The position numbers were made by a program, and so were the translations under genes. From positions 186,001-250,000 of the forward strand of contig JAQGDQ010000005.1 of NCBI GenBank assembly GCA_030141605.1: 64,000 nucleotides of DNA. The letters run 5' to 3'. The notes under the pieces are model-generated. The model was not told where the DNA came from. It saw only the letters and a list, made by a program, of their open reading frames with translations, and searched no databases. The DNA comes from Tubiluchus corallicola (taxonomy: Eukaryota > Animalia > Priapulida). Positions within the stretch are counted from its first letter, which is position 1. Each line of letters opens with the position of its first letter. This document shows, one piece after another, positions 1 to 13,500 of this stretch.

Positions 1-42
1 GCGTGCGTGTGCGCGTGCGTGTGCGCGTGCGTGTGCGCGTGC
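1..42. repeat. (GCGTGCGTGTGC)n-type microsatellite, truncated by the window edge
   Basis: Direct reading. Confidence 0.85.
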
Positions 43-2231
43 CTACTCCCCCCAACAACATCTATATTTGGAAACCGTAATATTGCGTGTAGCAATATGT
101 TTTAAATATTAAAGGCTTTACGATGGGAGAAATTGACAATATTGTAATTAACACTGACGTAATAGCATTCAGCAATGATTCAGTTTGCGTTGTGTACAAT
201 ACTTTTCTCAAAGACAGGCAAGAACAACATGACATTGTTCAAAATGTTTGATAGTCCGTTTGAAAATCCGTAAAAGCCAAAGCAGATGGCGGCGTAAGCG
301 TGTTGCTCTTTGCCACCCAAATACACCAATCACAAGCAATTTGCTCTTATTCCACACCTTTATCTGCTTTTCGCCCAACATTGTCCACATAATAAGCCAC
401 CTTTGTGAATAGGTTCAACAATCAAACGAAATGCTGAAAGAATTCGTAACGTACAATCTGGTTGTACAATACCAAATAAGATGCCTCACCTGAGTTTTGA
501 CGACATGCATGCATCACTGAAGCACTGCAAGGTAAGGAGACTTAGGAGAGGTAACAAAAAAATCACTAAATCTTCATCTACGTATTATGTGCCCAAAAGT
601 AATAGTTATCTTTGATTTCCTCTAACTGTTATTGTTTTAAATGTGTCATTTTGATTTATGTCGATCCTTTACAGCAACAAGAGTCAATAAAAACGAGGGT
701 GACACTACGCACACCCACAATGCGACAATGTGAAAATTGGTTTAATCCATTATTTCAGTCTCAGCTGCATCAAGAGCATTAAATAAACGCAAATTCCGGA
801 GAAAAACACGTGAGATAAGATCTAAAAAGCAGAGTGATTTCGAAAAATAGCCCACCTACAAACAGTTCTACTCGATAATGCGCTAATATTTTCCGTTGGA
901 CTCATGTAAACTGTAACACGCAATAAGTTAACTAGATGATCTTGCACAATCACCAACTTGGTTTTAACTGGGTTCTTCAACTAGAAAAAAATCTGGGTTA
1001 TTTTCAGATTATTGTAAAAAAACAAAGCAAACACAATGAAATATAAATTTGTGGTTCTTTGTTCCTTTTAAGGAAAATGCAATGAATAGTTAAGATCAGC
1101 GCTAAAATTTGTTCCGTGTCTACGAATGGAAAACTTCTTCAGGTAACTAAACTATAGCAACAGAAAGAAGTACACTGGTTCTACACACCATAGATATGAT
1201 AAACCTATAATTTTCCGTAACGAGTTTATTTTTAATTATAGATCGAAAAAACAGATTAAATCTACTGTATTTGTAACTTTAGTCAAGTAGTCGCATAATT
1301 TCTGCTGAAGTTTATCTCAATTCTACTCATAAATTGAGTGCTAAAGTAGCAAAATATATAAACGTTAACTCATACTTTTCTTAAAGACACTGGTTGCTTA
1401 AATTACTTATTTGTTTATTCTACCACTATTTAACAACTGTCGTTTAAGTTAACTGAGACCCTTTCACTTAATACACTTAACTTGTACCTGACAGAATAAA
1501 TTTGTTCAAGGAGCCACACAAAGATGCCTAACAATACAAACTTTCACTTAGCCTAGAACTCATTTTCTGTCAGTGTCTCCGCTCAACAAATGCTGACCAC
1601 AATGGATAACTCAGAAATACTTCACAACATCACGTGCAGAACTAGAATTGTGTGCATTCAAATCTCGCGAGGCACATTTAAACTTGAAAAGTAATTGTCT
1701 GACTATATATTAATACATATCCAAAGAAAAGAGGTATTGGGAAATTCATGAAAAAAATGACGACTGATACAAAAGGGCATCGCGTTCTTAAAAATTGTTC
1801 TGTTTTTTACATTTCTAACTGTTTTTTACCAAGTTTCGTGCGTTAGACTACACTATGCAAAAATATTCGAAATAATTTTTTGAATTGTTTAGCTTAAGCT
1901 ATGATGTTACTCATTCAAGTTTACAGTAAATTTAATGATGAAAAGTTATAAACTATAACAGAACATAAAAAATTGAAAACGAAGAGATGACAAGTAAAGG
2001 AAAAATCAAGAGAGGATATGATAATAAAGAAATGGAAAATAATAAGAATCAGAAGAAAAATAAGTAGCTAGCATTATAATAATAATAAAAATGACAAGAA
2101 AAGGCAAACAGGAGAAAACGAATAAAAGAAATAAAAAAGAAGAAAAATAACAGCAGAGAAACGATGAGATAGAGGCTACAATAAACTAAAGAGGAGATTA
2201 AAAAGAGAAAATACAGAAGAAGAATCAAAAT

Positions 2232-2405
2232 GATACTGATGATGACGACAATGATGATTGTCATAATTATGATGACAAAATACTATTGATCATAGTGATG
2301 ACGATGATAACGATTTGTTGTTGCTGTTGTTGACGTTAATGATAATGATGATGATGAGGAGGAGGAGGAGGAGGAGGACAACGACGACGATGATAACAAT
2401 GATGC
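2232..2405. repeat. Compound trinucleotide repeat (GAT/GTT/GAG/GAC)
   Basis: Direct reading. Confidence 0.8.
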
Positions 2406-3030
2406 CAGTAAGTGAAGGTAACATAAGCGTAGATCATCACGACTATCATAGTTATGTCCATAGAGGTTTGCGACAGAGGTTTCATGCGTGTAAAGGCTCA
2501 GTATTGAATAAAGAGATCAGTTTGTGTACATAGAGAAACATATGACACACTCTCACGTGTGTTATGCTAGCACAAAGTATGAACAGGTGAAAATAATACC
2601 ATGAGGGCACACGTACGTAAATCGCTTACCAAGCGTTATGTCAACATGGAAGGCATATGAAATGCATATCAAGTTATCATTGTCAAGTCAAGAAACCACT
2701 GTGAGCGGAATACTTTGCCATCAATAATAGATTGTCCGTAATAGAATGTGAGTTGTAATAAACTGAAAACCAATTCTAATAATCATTTCTCTTTTTATTT
2801 TGCGTGACGGTTTTTGCTTTTGTAGCTGATTTAGAGTAAATTATGTGAAATGTAAAACTGTTGTGCAATGCGTTAACTTTCCCAAAAATATTAAGTTTGA
2901 TGAAATTCAAAATTTTGCATCGAATATTTTGTTTGAAAATAAATTTGCGAAATTTCCACGCAAAAACCAAGAATTTGAAAGCAAAACAAAAAAACGTAGC
3001 ACACAATCTATTATTTGGCGGAGTGATAAC

Positions 3031-3338
3031 ATGGTGGTGGAGGTGATGGTGGTGGTGGTAATGATGATGGCGGTGGTGGTGGTGGTGGTGTTGGTGGTGT
3101 TGGTGGTGTTGGTGGTGTTGGTGGGTTAGTGGTGTTGGTGGTGGTGGTGGTGGTGGTGGTGGTGGTGGTGGTGGTGATGGTGGTGGTGGTGGTGGTGTTG
3201 GTGGTGGTGGTGGTGGTTGTGGGGTGGTGGTGGTGGGGAAAGTGGCAGTAGTGATGGTGGTGGTGGGGAAGTTGTGATGGTGGTGGCGGTGGTGATGGCA
3301 GTGGCGGTGGTAGAGGCGGCGGTGGCGGCGGTGATGAG
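3031..3338. repeat. (GGT)n imperfect microsatellite
   Basis: Direct reading; explains the poly-P/H/V ORFs. Confidence 0.95.
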
Positions 3339-6300
3339 GAAAATGAATCATCAAATTTTTATAGAAAGCTACCGTTAATAAAACCCATGATAACTGCACT
3401 TTGATGGGATTATCAGTTGCCATTTAGAACGCAATAAATTGAAATTTTTATCAGAAACGATTTCACGGCACCTAACTGTAAAATGGCAGACATGGCACGC
3501 TCAGTCGAATGCAGTCACTATTCTCCCTCTGATTCTTTCTGTCAAATTAATTGCACGGAAAATAGAGATGCTGATAACGGGACAATAAGGCCCAGCGTTG
3601 GACCGCTAATGTGCATACACCGTACAACAATCATTATAACGGAAAGATGAAATTAATCCTAATCGCTATTATCAGCATTACCATCACACATATCACATCA
3701 TTACCATCACTGTATTGCTTAGTAGCTGTGTGGTAGCCACTTGTGCAGTTAGTAAATATTTAGCTATGTTTAAGAAACAAAATTGTGGATCTAAAGCAAT
3801 AATAGAGCTCATTACTAATAGTATGTTACCAACGAGACGGATTTACCAATTTATTTAAAATCACAAAAAACTAAAATTAATTATGCCAATTAAATCAATA
3901 TAACCATACTTTCAAAAATTTAAAACGTAAATTGAAAATCCTGTACTATCAATTTTTTTATTGCACTTTATAATTTTGTAGCACTTTAAACGAAATTTAA
4001 ATGCTATCGCTATTTATAAAAATTCAAATACATGTTTTTATTAATTCAAATACACGTAAATCCGATAATTTGTTTATTCGAATTTCAACATCATTAATTT
4101 AATTATATTTGTTCAAGTTTAACATCAGCTGAAATAATTAATCATAGTTTACGCTTCGTCACATTTCCCTTCTCCTATTCCACACAATTATTTTAATATT
4201 TTTTCCCGATAAAATTAAGCTGCAAGGGTTAATTTCCATTTAAAAGTTGTTGTACTGTACCATCAAATTTCGCTTCAGAAAATTTAAAATCTTTTATGTG
4301 ATTTCATCATGCAGTAATACAAAACTGCGGCACTATCCTACAGCTAATGAGAAATGAATAGTCTGTCTCATTTGTAGGTATATTTATATTATATTGTTGA
4401 GGGGTGGAACACCTGGGTTTTTAACTAGCATCGAATAAACAATCATTTTCTAACTGTCAATAGCACAAGCGCGGTGAAGCTGATTCGCCCAGATCAGAAT
4501 ACCTGCAATTAACAAGCAATTATGCGACAGTTAGCGAGCATTCTATCCTTGTAATAATTCAATTATATTTGACTGAACATAAACGCTCGTTAAGGAAGAA
4601 TTAATAAGGTGCGGTGAATTTTTAAACGAAATTTGTTTTGAATCTAAAATAATTATAGTACTACAAAAGTATTATAGAAATTGTTTTAACGTTATACAGC
4701 TTTCATTGTCGATACTGTTATTTTGTAATTTATTGAAAACGAAAAACATTATTTAATGTAAAAGATCCGCCATACACAGTGAGCTGTTCGGTGTTTACGA
4801 TTCAGGCATCACGGAATGCTTAACAACAAAATGAATAGATATTATTAATTTTAATTAGTTCATTAAACCTATTAATTTGTTAATTACTAGATCTGTTTTA
4901 TTAAATGTGCCAATTGTTGACATTAAACGTTTCGTTTAATCTCGAAAGTGTTTATAATTTAATGATGTTTCGATGAGCTTTTCATGTGTAATCTTGAAAA
5001 TATTTTTAAAAATTATTCCCCGACAGGTTTGTTACAAATTTTAATTCTCGCTGCTTTTTCTAAGATGCACGCCTTGTTGCAAGTCGTCCAAATTTCGTGT
5101 ATTCGACTATTAGACACTGTGGATAGCTTTTTTTGAGGAGGGTGTTGTATTCACCTCATTTCAGCTACGAAGCGCTCCAGTTGAGCTTAATAAATGGCTA
5201 CCCTGAGTGTTGAATATGCAAATGAGTAATTTCTAGAGTAAGCTTTACCCTGCTTATGTACCGTGTCTTCCGAACAACTATTACGAACCAATTAGGCAGA
5301 AAGGGAACACAATACAAGCAAATTACATGGACTTATCTCATACAAGCAGTAAGCACAATGCAGGACATTGATACTTATTACACAAAGAATGCCAGGTAAG
5401 TAAAAACAGCTTTCATTTATGGCGGAATGCCAAATTTTTGGCTTCCTAATATTTGACTGTCTCTGCAGTAAGTTATCGAGTTTTATCAGTTTATCTCTGT
5501 TATAGTTAACAAAATCAGTTAACGTGTCTCCCTTCATTGCGACCCATGTTTAATTAGTTATAGTTATCTAATCTTTAGTTAATCTCCAACTTATCTAGTC
5601 TCTAACTGATTATCTAAAATTTGAAGTTGCTTAGTAGCGAGTGAAAATGGATAAGTTACACAGGAAGGAACAAAAGAAGTATAAAAGGATAAAAGAAACA
5701 AGACAGAAAAGAGAAAAACAAAAGGAAAGAATGGAGAATGGAGAGATGGGGAAAAGAAATGGTGGAAAGAAGGGAGCGAGAAAAATATAAAAACCAATTT
5801 CTGTGCACCGATTTTTCTGTGAGGTAAGACCCACGTATTAATAACAATTCGCCATTCTAAAGTATTACAACAGAATTTGAAACACCTGCCTGATTCCAGC
5901 AATATGCACAACGATATAAGGCCATTGTCTAACCCACTTATGTTAAAGAGGATTATCTCTAGCAACTGTTTTTGCCTTCCAGTGCAGCACAGCTGTCGAC
6001 CTGCCATTGTTAATCATCCACAAAAAGTTCCACGATATTTTCATGTGTAAAAGTGGCTTGAAAATTTTAGCCTTTAAGTTAAAACGAAGTTCGGTTGTCA
6101 TAATAAAATTTTATGGGCGTTAAAAAATTTCCAAAACCATTTAGGATTTTCTGAAAAGGAGCGTAGTGCAATTTATAGTTTTACTATAATTTGAGCAATT
6201 AATTTACACGATCTAAAGCAATAGTTGTTATTGTGCTAGTTGGTTAGCAAGTTGAAGTTGAGATTTAGGCCTACATGATATTTTCTGAAAAATACACCTA

Positions 6301-7396
6301 AGCACTAAGCATTAATAAGCTTTGCCTTGCCGATTGCTATTCAGTTTATAAGTTGTAAGGTAATTTGTTTTTGCATTCTCGAATTTTGTAGAGCCGATTC
6401 TAAAATAATGTCTTAATTAAATTCGAAATAGGCTTACTTTAGAGAAAAATGGTACGCTACTGCGCTTTTCAACATAAATAAATCATTTATTGAAGAAGAA
6501 AGCAGAATGCACCAGGCATTGACCAAACCAACACAGCGGCACGTGCCTAAATCAATCAGACAATAGCCACTGACCTTATTGTAACTGATCAATAAACAAA
6601 TAGTGTCTAGCGTAGCTCGTTTTTACAAATGTTCGTTTTCCATAAAAATGGGTACTCATATCAAACTGGGTTGAAACGTGAGTTGGCGTTTGTAGCCTGA
6701 AGGACAGTCTCAAGGATGACATCCGTCTGTTTGATTACAGGTTTGAAGCCCAGATCTAATTTAAGCCTGTTCTACATTGTAATCTCTTGATCTGTATTAC
6801 TTAGCACGTGGGCGGTGGTAGTGGTGGCATTCCAATTCTCAAGTTGCTGATTTTGATGTTATTTAGAAATCATAAAACGTCATGGCATAATGTGGCCTAA
6901 TTTGGGTCTTGCAATATTTAAACGTGCCATCCTTTAAGGACAGCAGTCGATGGATCTCCATGGACTAACACGTGCTAAGTGAATTCTCTTTTAAACTAAA
7001 AGAGGGTTTAGTTGGTACAGGCCTACTAAAGTAGCTTTAAATACAAATACCTTGAATGACAGTCTATTAAATCAAACAATAATTTTTTACCCTAGGAAGT
7101 GGCCTTGCAGCGGTCCAAACTGTACAAAAATTATGATTTATAGGTTGTAATTTATTTAGGTGCGCTGCACGTGGTAAAAACAATTTAGTAAAAATACTGT
7201 GTGATTTGAAAAATCCAAGTGTATACATGTACTTGGTAAAAATGCTGAGTGAAACTTTCTTTGGTTGCGATTCAGATGCATCACTATTTTGATCAGCCGG
7301 TATTAAGCTGCTGCCATCTATTAGCAGTTAACGACGAACTGTTTGCGCACAAGGGGTTCTTACAAAATTTTTTCATTAGCTTAGTACTAAACTTAC

Positions 7397-7459
7397 AATG
7401 TTGCCGCCAGTTTTAGGAGCAAGACGACGTCTAGGTAATATTCCTATCAATTCATTTTC
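7397..7459 (-). CDS. C10orf67: C10orf67-like exon (ENELIGILPRRRLAPKTGGNI)
   Basis: Acceptor tttcag, donor gtaagt; phase 0 to 0; downstream terminal exon not identified. Confidence 0.65.
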
Positions 7460-10400
7460 CTGAAATAATAAGGAAATTAATAGCTTTCGTAATTTGGGTT
7501 GCACTTCATCTTTTCCAAATTAAAAAAATACAGTGGACATGTTTAAATTTCTAACACTAAAATACCATACATGTAATATACAACATGAACTTATAACCAC
7601 AAAGAATAAAAAATGCATTATTTTAGTAACCTGATTCTTGCACATAGATTTACGTATTTAAACAATAGATACCTTATTATATGCTGCAGAAGCATAGCTT
7701 AATGTAGGCACTTGTTTTAGTAAGCTCTGGCGTAAGAAGCTCTCTTCTTTCATAGCACGCATACTAAAAATAATTATATCAGAATATTACTTCAACTAAA
7801 CAATAAATTTCTTCTTGTAAGAAAAATCACTACTGGCGACTCGTGACGCTGAAAGTTAAGCCACAACTGACCAGTTATCGCATAGTAATAATTATTGCTC
7901 CAAATTATTTAATCTAAACACTGAAAAAGTTACTAACCTAGAGTTTGAACTAATTTAATTAATAAAAATTAAAGTTATTTACAATGGACAGTGTTATGCT
8001 AATTTCCTGTGATTTACTAATATTATTTTTATCACTACTGCCGCTGTCATTGCTGTTGCTTATTTGCATCTTGTTATGTTTATTTCTCATGTTTATTTTC
8101 TAATATTTAGTTTTTGTTGTATGATGAAATGCAACACGGCATCTTCGTCCTATAGCTTACCATTTGTAGTAGATGATTTAGTAGTTAATGCTCTGTTGTT
8201 GTTGAAAAATATTCATTGCAAAAATGTTCACATTGGAAAAAATGGTGTTAAATGACCTTTCTTACTTTTCCTGCATTATTGAAAATCTTCTGGTCCACAT
8301 CCGGTTTACTCTACTCAGTTCTGCTTTTAACCTGTTGAAATTTGAAAATTTAATGACTTTTACTCGGTTATTACGGCAAATAAATGCATTTATGAGCAGA
8401 CGTTCTACAAAGAAGTAGTAAAAACATAACATCAGGTAAAACATAGCATACTGTTTAATTTCCTTCTCTAATTCTTGCTGCTGATACAACGGAAGTTGCT
8501 GCTGCTCCTCCAACTCTGTCACTTCGTCCAGATCATGAACCTGCCACAATTTTAACACAAATAATAACAATTATTTGACAATCTTTTTAGATACGTATAC
8601 ACCTACGACTTTATGAGGTAGGACAAAACTGCACACAATTACAGGCAAATTTTGTATTTGAAAAGTTTGCAATGACCGTATAATTGAATAGGAGGCAGAA
8701 AACAAAACAAACAGAACATTGCCCAAATTAGTCGCAAAATAAAAGCGGAGGTAGAAGAAAGAAAGTTACAGAAGGAAATCCAAAATCTACGAAAATTTAT
8801 AGTTATATAGTTTACAGAAGTTAGTTATAAATATCATATAAAAATACAGATCGTACCTTGCGTGTGCGTTATTCAGCTTTTAGCCTCTATATTGTTTTGC
8901 ATTTTTTGCATCGTAGAAAAAAAACCTTAATATTTTCTAATTGCTACTTACTGTGGTTTCTAACGTAGAAGGTTGAGTAATTTTTATTTGTACTTTTAGT
9001 TCTTTTCTTTTTTCGCCCTGGGCTTTTTGTGGCAACTCTTCCAATTCATCTTCTGACCTTACTTCTGATTTTTGCAACTCATCTATTTTCCCCTCCTTTG
9101 CTGTCATCTTTCTTGTTTCCGGCAACTCTTTTATCTCCACTCGTTTAGTTGTCTGTTCTCCCTTTTCAGTTGTTGACTCTTCTTGTGTTTTTATTAACGC
9201 GTTTAGACTCTCTATTGTCACCCTACGAGCCTTTTGCAGTTCCTTTAGCTTGTTTTGCGGTTTTTGCTTTATCCCTTCCTTTAACGGCTTTAACTGCTTA
9301 TCCTGTTTGCTCTCTACCTTCTCCCCTGCAGGTTTCTCTTTTGCAAGTTTCTGAGGCGTTGCTCGAGAAGTGAATTGAGATTTTCTTCTCGGCGATCGTG
9401 CTGAACTCTTTCTCCGCGATTTTCTCCTCAGTCGTGATTCTCTCCTTGCAACTACTGACGTTTTCCTAGCTGCTGACTCTCTTCTCGTGCCTGCTGCTGA
9501 TGCTTTTCTTGGTGTTTTCTTCGGGGGCTTAGCCGGTTCTTCCTTTGTTTCTTTTGCACGTTGAGCAGGCTTTTCAAACTGTTTGGTGATTTCATCAACT
9601 TTTCGTGCCATTTCTTTAATGTGGCTTATTTCTTGCTGCTCCAGCTAGAAAATAACATACAACAACGTGGTTATAATTGAACTGGCTTGGTTGTTGCACT
9701 ATAACAGTCTAGTCCTCTATCAAAGACATCTTACCCTTTGTTGAATTTTACTCTTCTCATCTTCCAGTTGTCGTTGTAGGTCTTCGACAAGTAAGTTTAA
9801 CTGCAAAAAATTAAGAACATTAAGAAGATTTTCGCGACCTAGGGAAGGTGAAATAGCCATCCAGTGCATGAGCTGTCCAATAAGCTCATGTTTGGACTAG
9901 TTGTCAAACGATGGCGCCACGTACTTAAATTCAATCATTCCATGGTGAACATAGTTTTCGGTATTGGTGCGTTTAGACTGCCTATTTGACTGATTTTTAG
10001 TGGATTCATTTTTTATAAGCTGGTTCCGTTTTTAGAAGCTGAGTGCAATAAGTAATTAAGTTTAAGGTAATAATGAGTTTATTAATATTTTTAGCTTCTT
10101 ATGCCACAAAGTATCACAAAGTAACCATCGATAGGAATCATCAAGTAGCTCTCCAAAACCTAACTAGAACAAATAGTTAAGAACAAGAGAAATTTAGTAA
10201 TTACATTTCTGGTATCTTACCTTTCGGTTGTCTTTCTTTTCTTGAGAAAGTTTTTTCTCGAGAGTTGCCGAGTTTGCGGCTTTAAATAAAAAATAATGAT
10301 AATAAATTTCATAAGTTTACCATAGTTTAAAACAGAATAATAAACCTATGAAATGCTTCTTAATGTATTTAATTTATGTGAATATTCGCAGCGCCATGTA

Positions 10401-13400
10401 TGCGATTCAAGAAAAAATCCGCAATTCACTGTTAATTTCGTTGCTTTAAAACATGTTCTATGTTGTGATTGTACGTGCAAGTGTTACTGCAGCGACAAGG
10501 TTGACAATAAAGCTGTCCATTTTGTCCTGTAATGCGGCAACTGCAAAGTGCCGAACTCTCTTGCACCAATATGATAACTACGACCGATAAATAGTACATT
10601 GTGGAAAATTGTTCAACAGGTATAAGTTACTTTCACTTTTCAAACTCGAGCATTTTTGTTATTTTTAACAAAGTAATATTGGTAAGTTTATAGTCACAAG
10701 TAAACAGGCTGTACAATTCTCTCTAAATTCATGTACTTTATGTCCTTGAATGATTAAGACAAAGGTATAAGCAGCTATGACAGAAAATATGGAAAGCCCG
10801 CAAGGAAGCATAAAGAACGGTTGCTCTTCTCAAGGCAATGTAACAGCCTAAAATCTATATTATGTAGATATGTAGATTGCGTAGATATGTGGAAAAATGT
10901 AGATTGCGACTTGCTGAACGAAAAACGTCTGTCTTGTTCAGCTGATTTCTTACTATCTCTGTAAGAGTCAGAAGATTATCGGTTGATGTGTCAACAGACT
11001 ACTCAAGTCAATTAATTAACAGTAGCAGTATTCAGAGTACTGTGTAAGTGTCAACAGGTACCCAGCTTCTAAAAGTTCAAAGCAAGTGAATTCTTGAACA
11101 TTTACTCTCTTCCTTGAAAGTGCAAGTACATTCGCGTTAATTACAAGTATTGTACTAATTACAGATTACACAGTAAAGGTGCTTACAGAATACTCAGTTC
11201 CTGATATGTGTCAGCAGAGTACTCAGTTTCTTATCAGTGATAACAGGATACCCAGCTTTTAAATATGTCAGCAGGGTATTCCGCTCTTTATAAATGTCAA
11301 TAGAGTACTTTATTTTCTTATAAATTTTAACAGCGTATTTTCTGTCTGAAGTTCAGTAGCAGTGTCTTTAGAAACCTCAATTTCCTATACGTGCCAATAG
11401 AATACAACAGGATAAACGAGTATTCAGGTGCCTTTAATGTGAGAAAGGCACCTGGTATTTGGTCCCTTAGTGTGAGCATGTTGCAATATGAAATACTAAA
11501 TCTTCAACAATAGCCTCAATTTATTACAACTACAACAATCACTAAAACTTCATAAACATAAATTTCATTGGCACCTACAAATACATACCCAGGCGCTCGA
11601 CTTCAGCACTTCTACCGGGTGCGCTGGCGTGTGAATCCACTTTGTTCAAAGCATCAGATGTTGCACGTCGCTCAAGCTCGGTTTCTGTTAATGTCGTCAT
11701 ATTTGTCTAAAATAACAGTAAGTGCCTGAAGATTACGTACTCTGGACAAAGGTACGTTAGCCTTGAAGTTTTGAACAAGGGTATTTTTCAACATATTACG
11801 GTTGGCTGGGCTGCAAATCTGTTTATTTAACACAATTATCAAGTTTGCAATGGCGCATGTCAATGCATTTTTTGAGTAGGAAACTTTTTTCAATTATGCT
11901 ACATATAAATCCGTCCAGAAAATATTTGTTTGCTTTCAGCAAAAAAGCTGATAAAATTGCGTCTAAATTTGAATCTAATACTGACATTTGATACAAGTCC
12001 AATAACTTGAGCTCCAGAACGTACAGTTTATTCTGTTTAAGACGAGTTTTTGCCTTAACAGCAGATATTCTAAGCTGCAATAACAGTAATAAAATCGGCT
12101 ACGAAGCCGTTTACACTCAAAAGCTAGGACTAACTTTTGTTGGAACAAAATTACTTTCTAATCATGAGTTTTTCGCCAAAGCCAAATTTCGCCAAAGTAA
12201 TTTCCTAAACAAACAAAAGAATTTTGCCCCAATGACAACCTCTATACGTGATGATTGCTTATTTTTGCAGAATTTTGAACCTGGATATTCAAGCGCTAAA
12301 CATTCATGCCTGAAACGATTGATTTATTTGCAGTAAAATCTGTGCACCTCTTAATGCGTGTAAGAGACAAAAGGTCAACGACTAAGTTTACGTCAAGTCA
12401 GTGGCAATCAACGACAATGGCAAAAGTGACGCAACAATAACACAAAAACAGCTGCAGCACCAGCAGCGGCGGCGATAACGACGACGACGACGACGACAAC
12501 AACAACAACAACAACAACTACGACAAGGACGACAATACCGCAGAGAGAGATACCCACACGTTGTCTTCTACAAGCACAATATAACACTGTGTTATCTACG
12601 AAAAGAGAGATTAATAATTCCAAAAACCAACCGATCTTTGTTTTAATCCAAGTAGTGATCTGTCTCGAATTCCTGGAAGTTTTATCTGTAATTACAAAAT
12701 CAGTTAAAACATAAAATTTTAGCTTATTTTCTACGTCAACTGATTGCATTTACATTTATAAGCAAATTTAAAGCTATTTAATAATATTAAAAAATTTGCA
12801 GGTCACATACAAGATAAAACGAAAAGAATAGTAATAAGCTTAAGTGAAAATTGTTAAACTCAGCAATCATTAATCTGATTTGTCACATATGTTTCTTTTT
12901 GTAAAGTAGATATAAGCTGATACACACCGACTGGGCGGAAATGCTGCCTTTGCGAAATGTTCTTTTGTTTTCTATCAATAAAGTTCCAGACTTTCCCGAC
13001 TGCAATAATAATTTAGACATCAAATGACAAAAAAGTATCGCAAAACAAAATTTCGCTAAATTACAACTTACGCGTAAATATCGTTTGTATAAAAATTCTT
13101 CACATTACAGATCGGAATTTAGAATTCAACGACAGAAGTTGGTCCTACTCAAAGCAGTTCAACTGTTGCGGCGAGACCAGACATTGACTCATTATCAAGG
13201 ATAAAATCCTCTAAGATGAGATACTGAATCGGCCGAAGTATCTTAGCCACATCCGGGTGTAGATACATCCTTCCTCTATGTATGTAGCCAAAATTAGTGT
13301 GCGGGTAAAATTACCAAATACTAGTGTCGAACCGGCCATCTACCAACCATGCACTGTCCAGGCTCGGCGCACTATTTTTAACTTAAGTCGCCAAACACAT

Positions 13401-13429
13401 GCAGTTAAAACGCGAATATTCCCCTGGCC

Positions 13430-13500
<71 letters not shown>

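Noticed and set aside
208-531. Possible exon near the window start (plus-strand donor at 532; minus-strand ORF 208-390)
   Set aside because: No sustained open frame or recognisable product
2776-3423. 215-aa His/Pro-rich ORF
   Set aside because: Open only because of the (GGT)n microsatellite; the flanks are not protein-like
6640-6760. Possible CORE-type SINE remnants (similar hints near 5150-5210, 26700-26790, 38880-38990)
   Set aside because: Too degenerate to define boundaries or family by eye
6790-7320. Terminal exon candidates for the C10orf67-like gene
   Set aside because: Several possible acceptors and none convincing in phase 0; left unresolved
8937-9611. Stand-alone 224-aa single-exon gene
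   Set aside because: Has an in-frame splice acceptor upstream and a consensus donor before its stop; it is an internal exon of the C10orf67-like gene
10960-11430. CRISPR-like array
   Set aside because: Units are degenerate tandem repeats without unique spacers, in a eukaryotic intron with no cas genes
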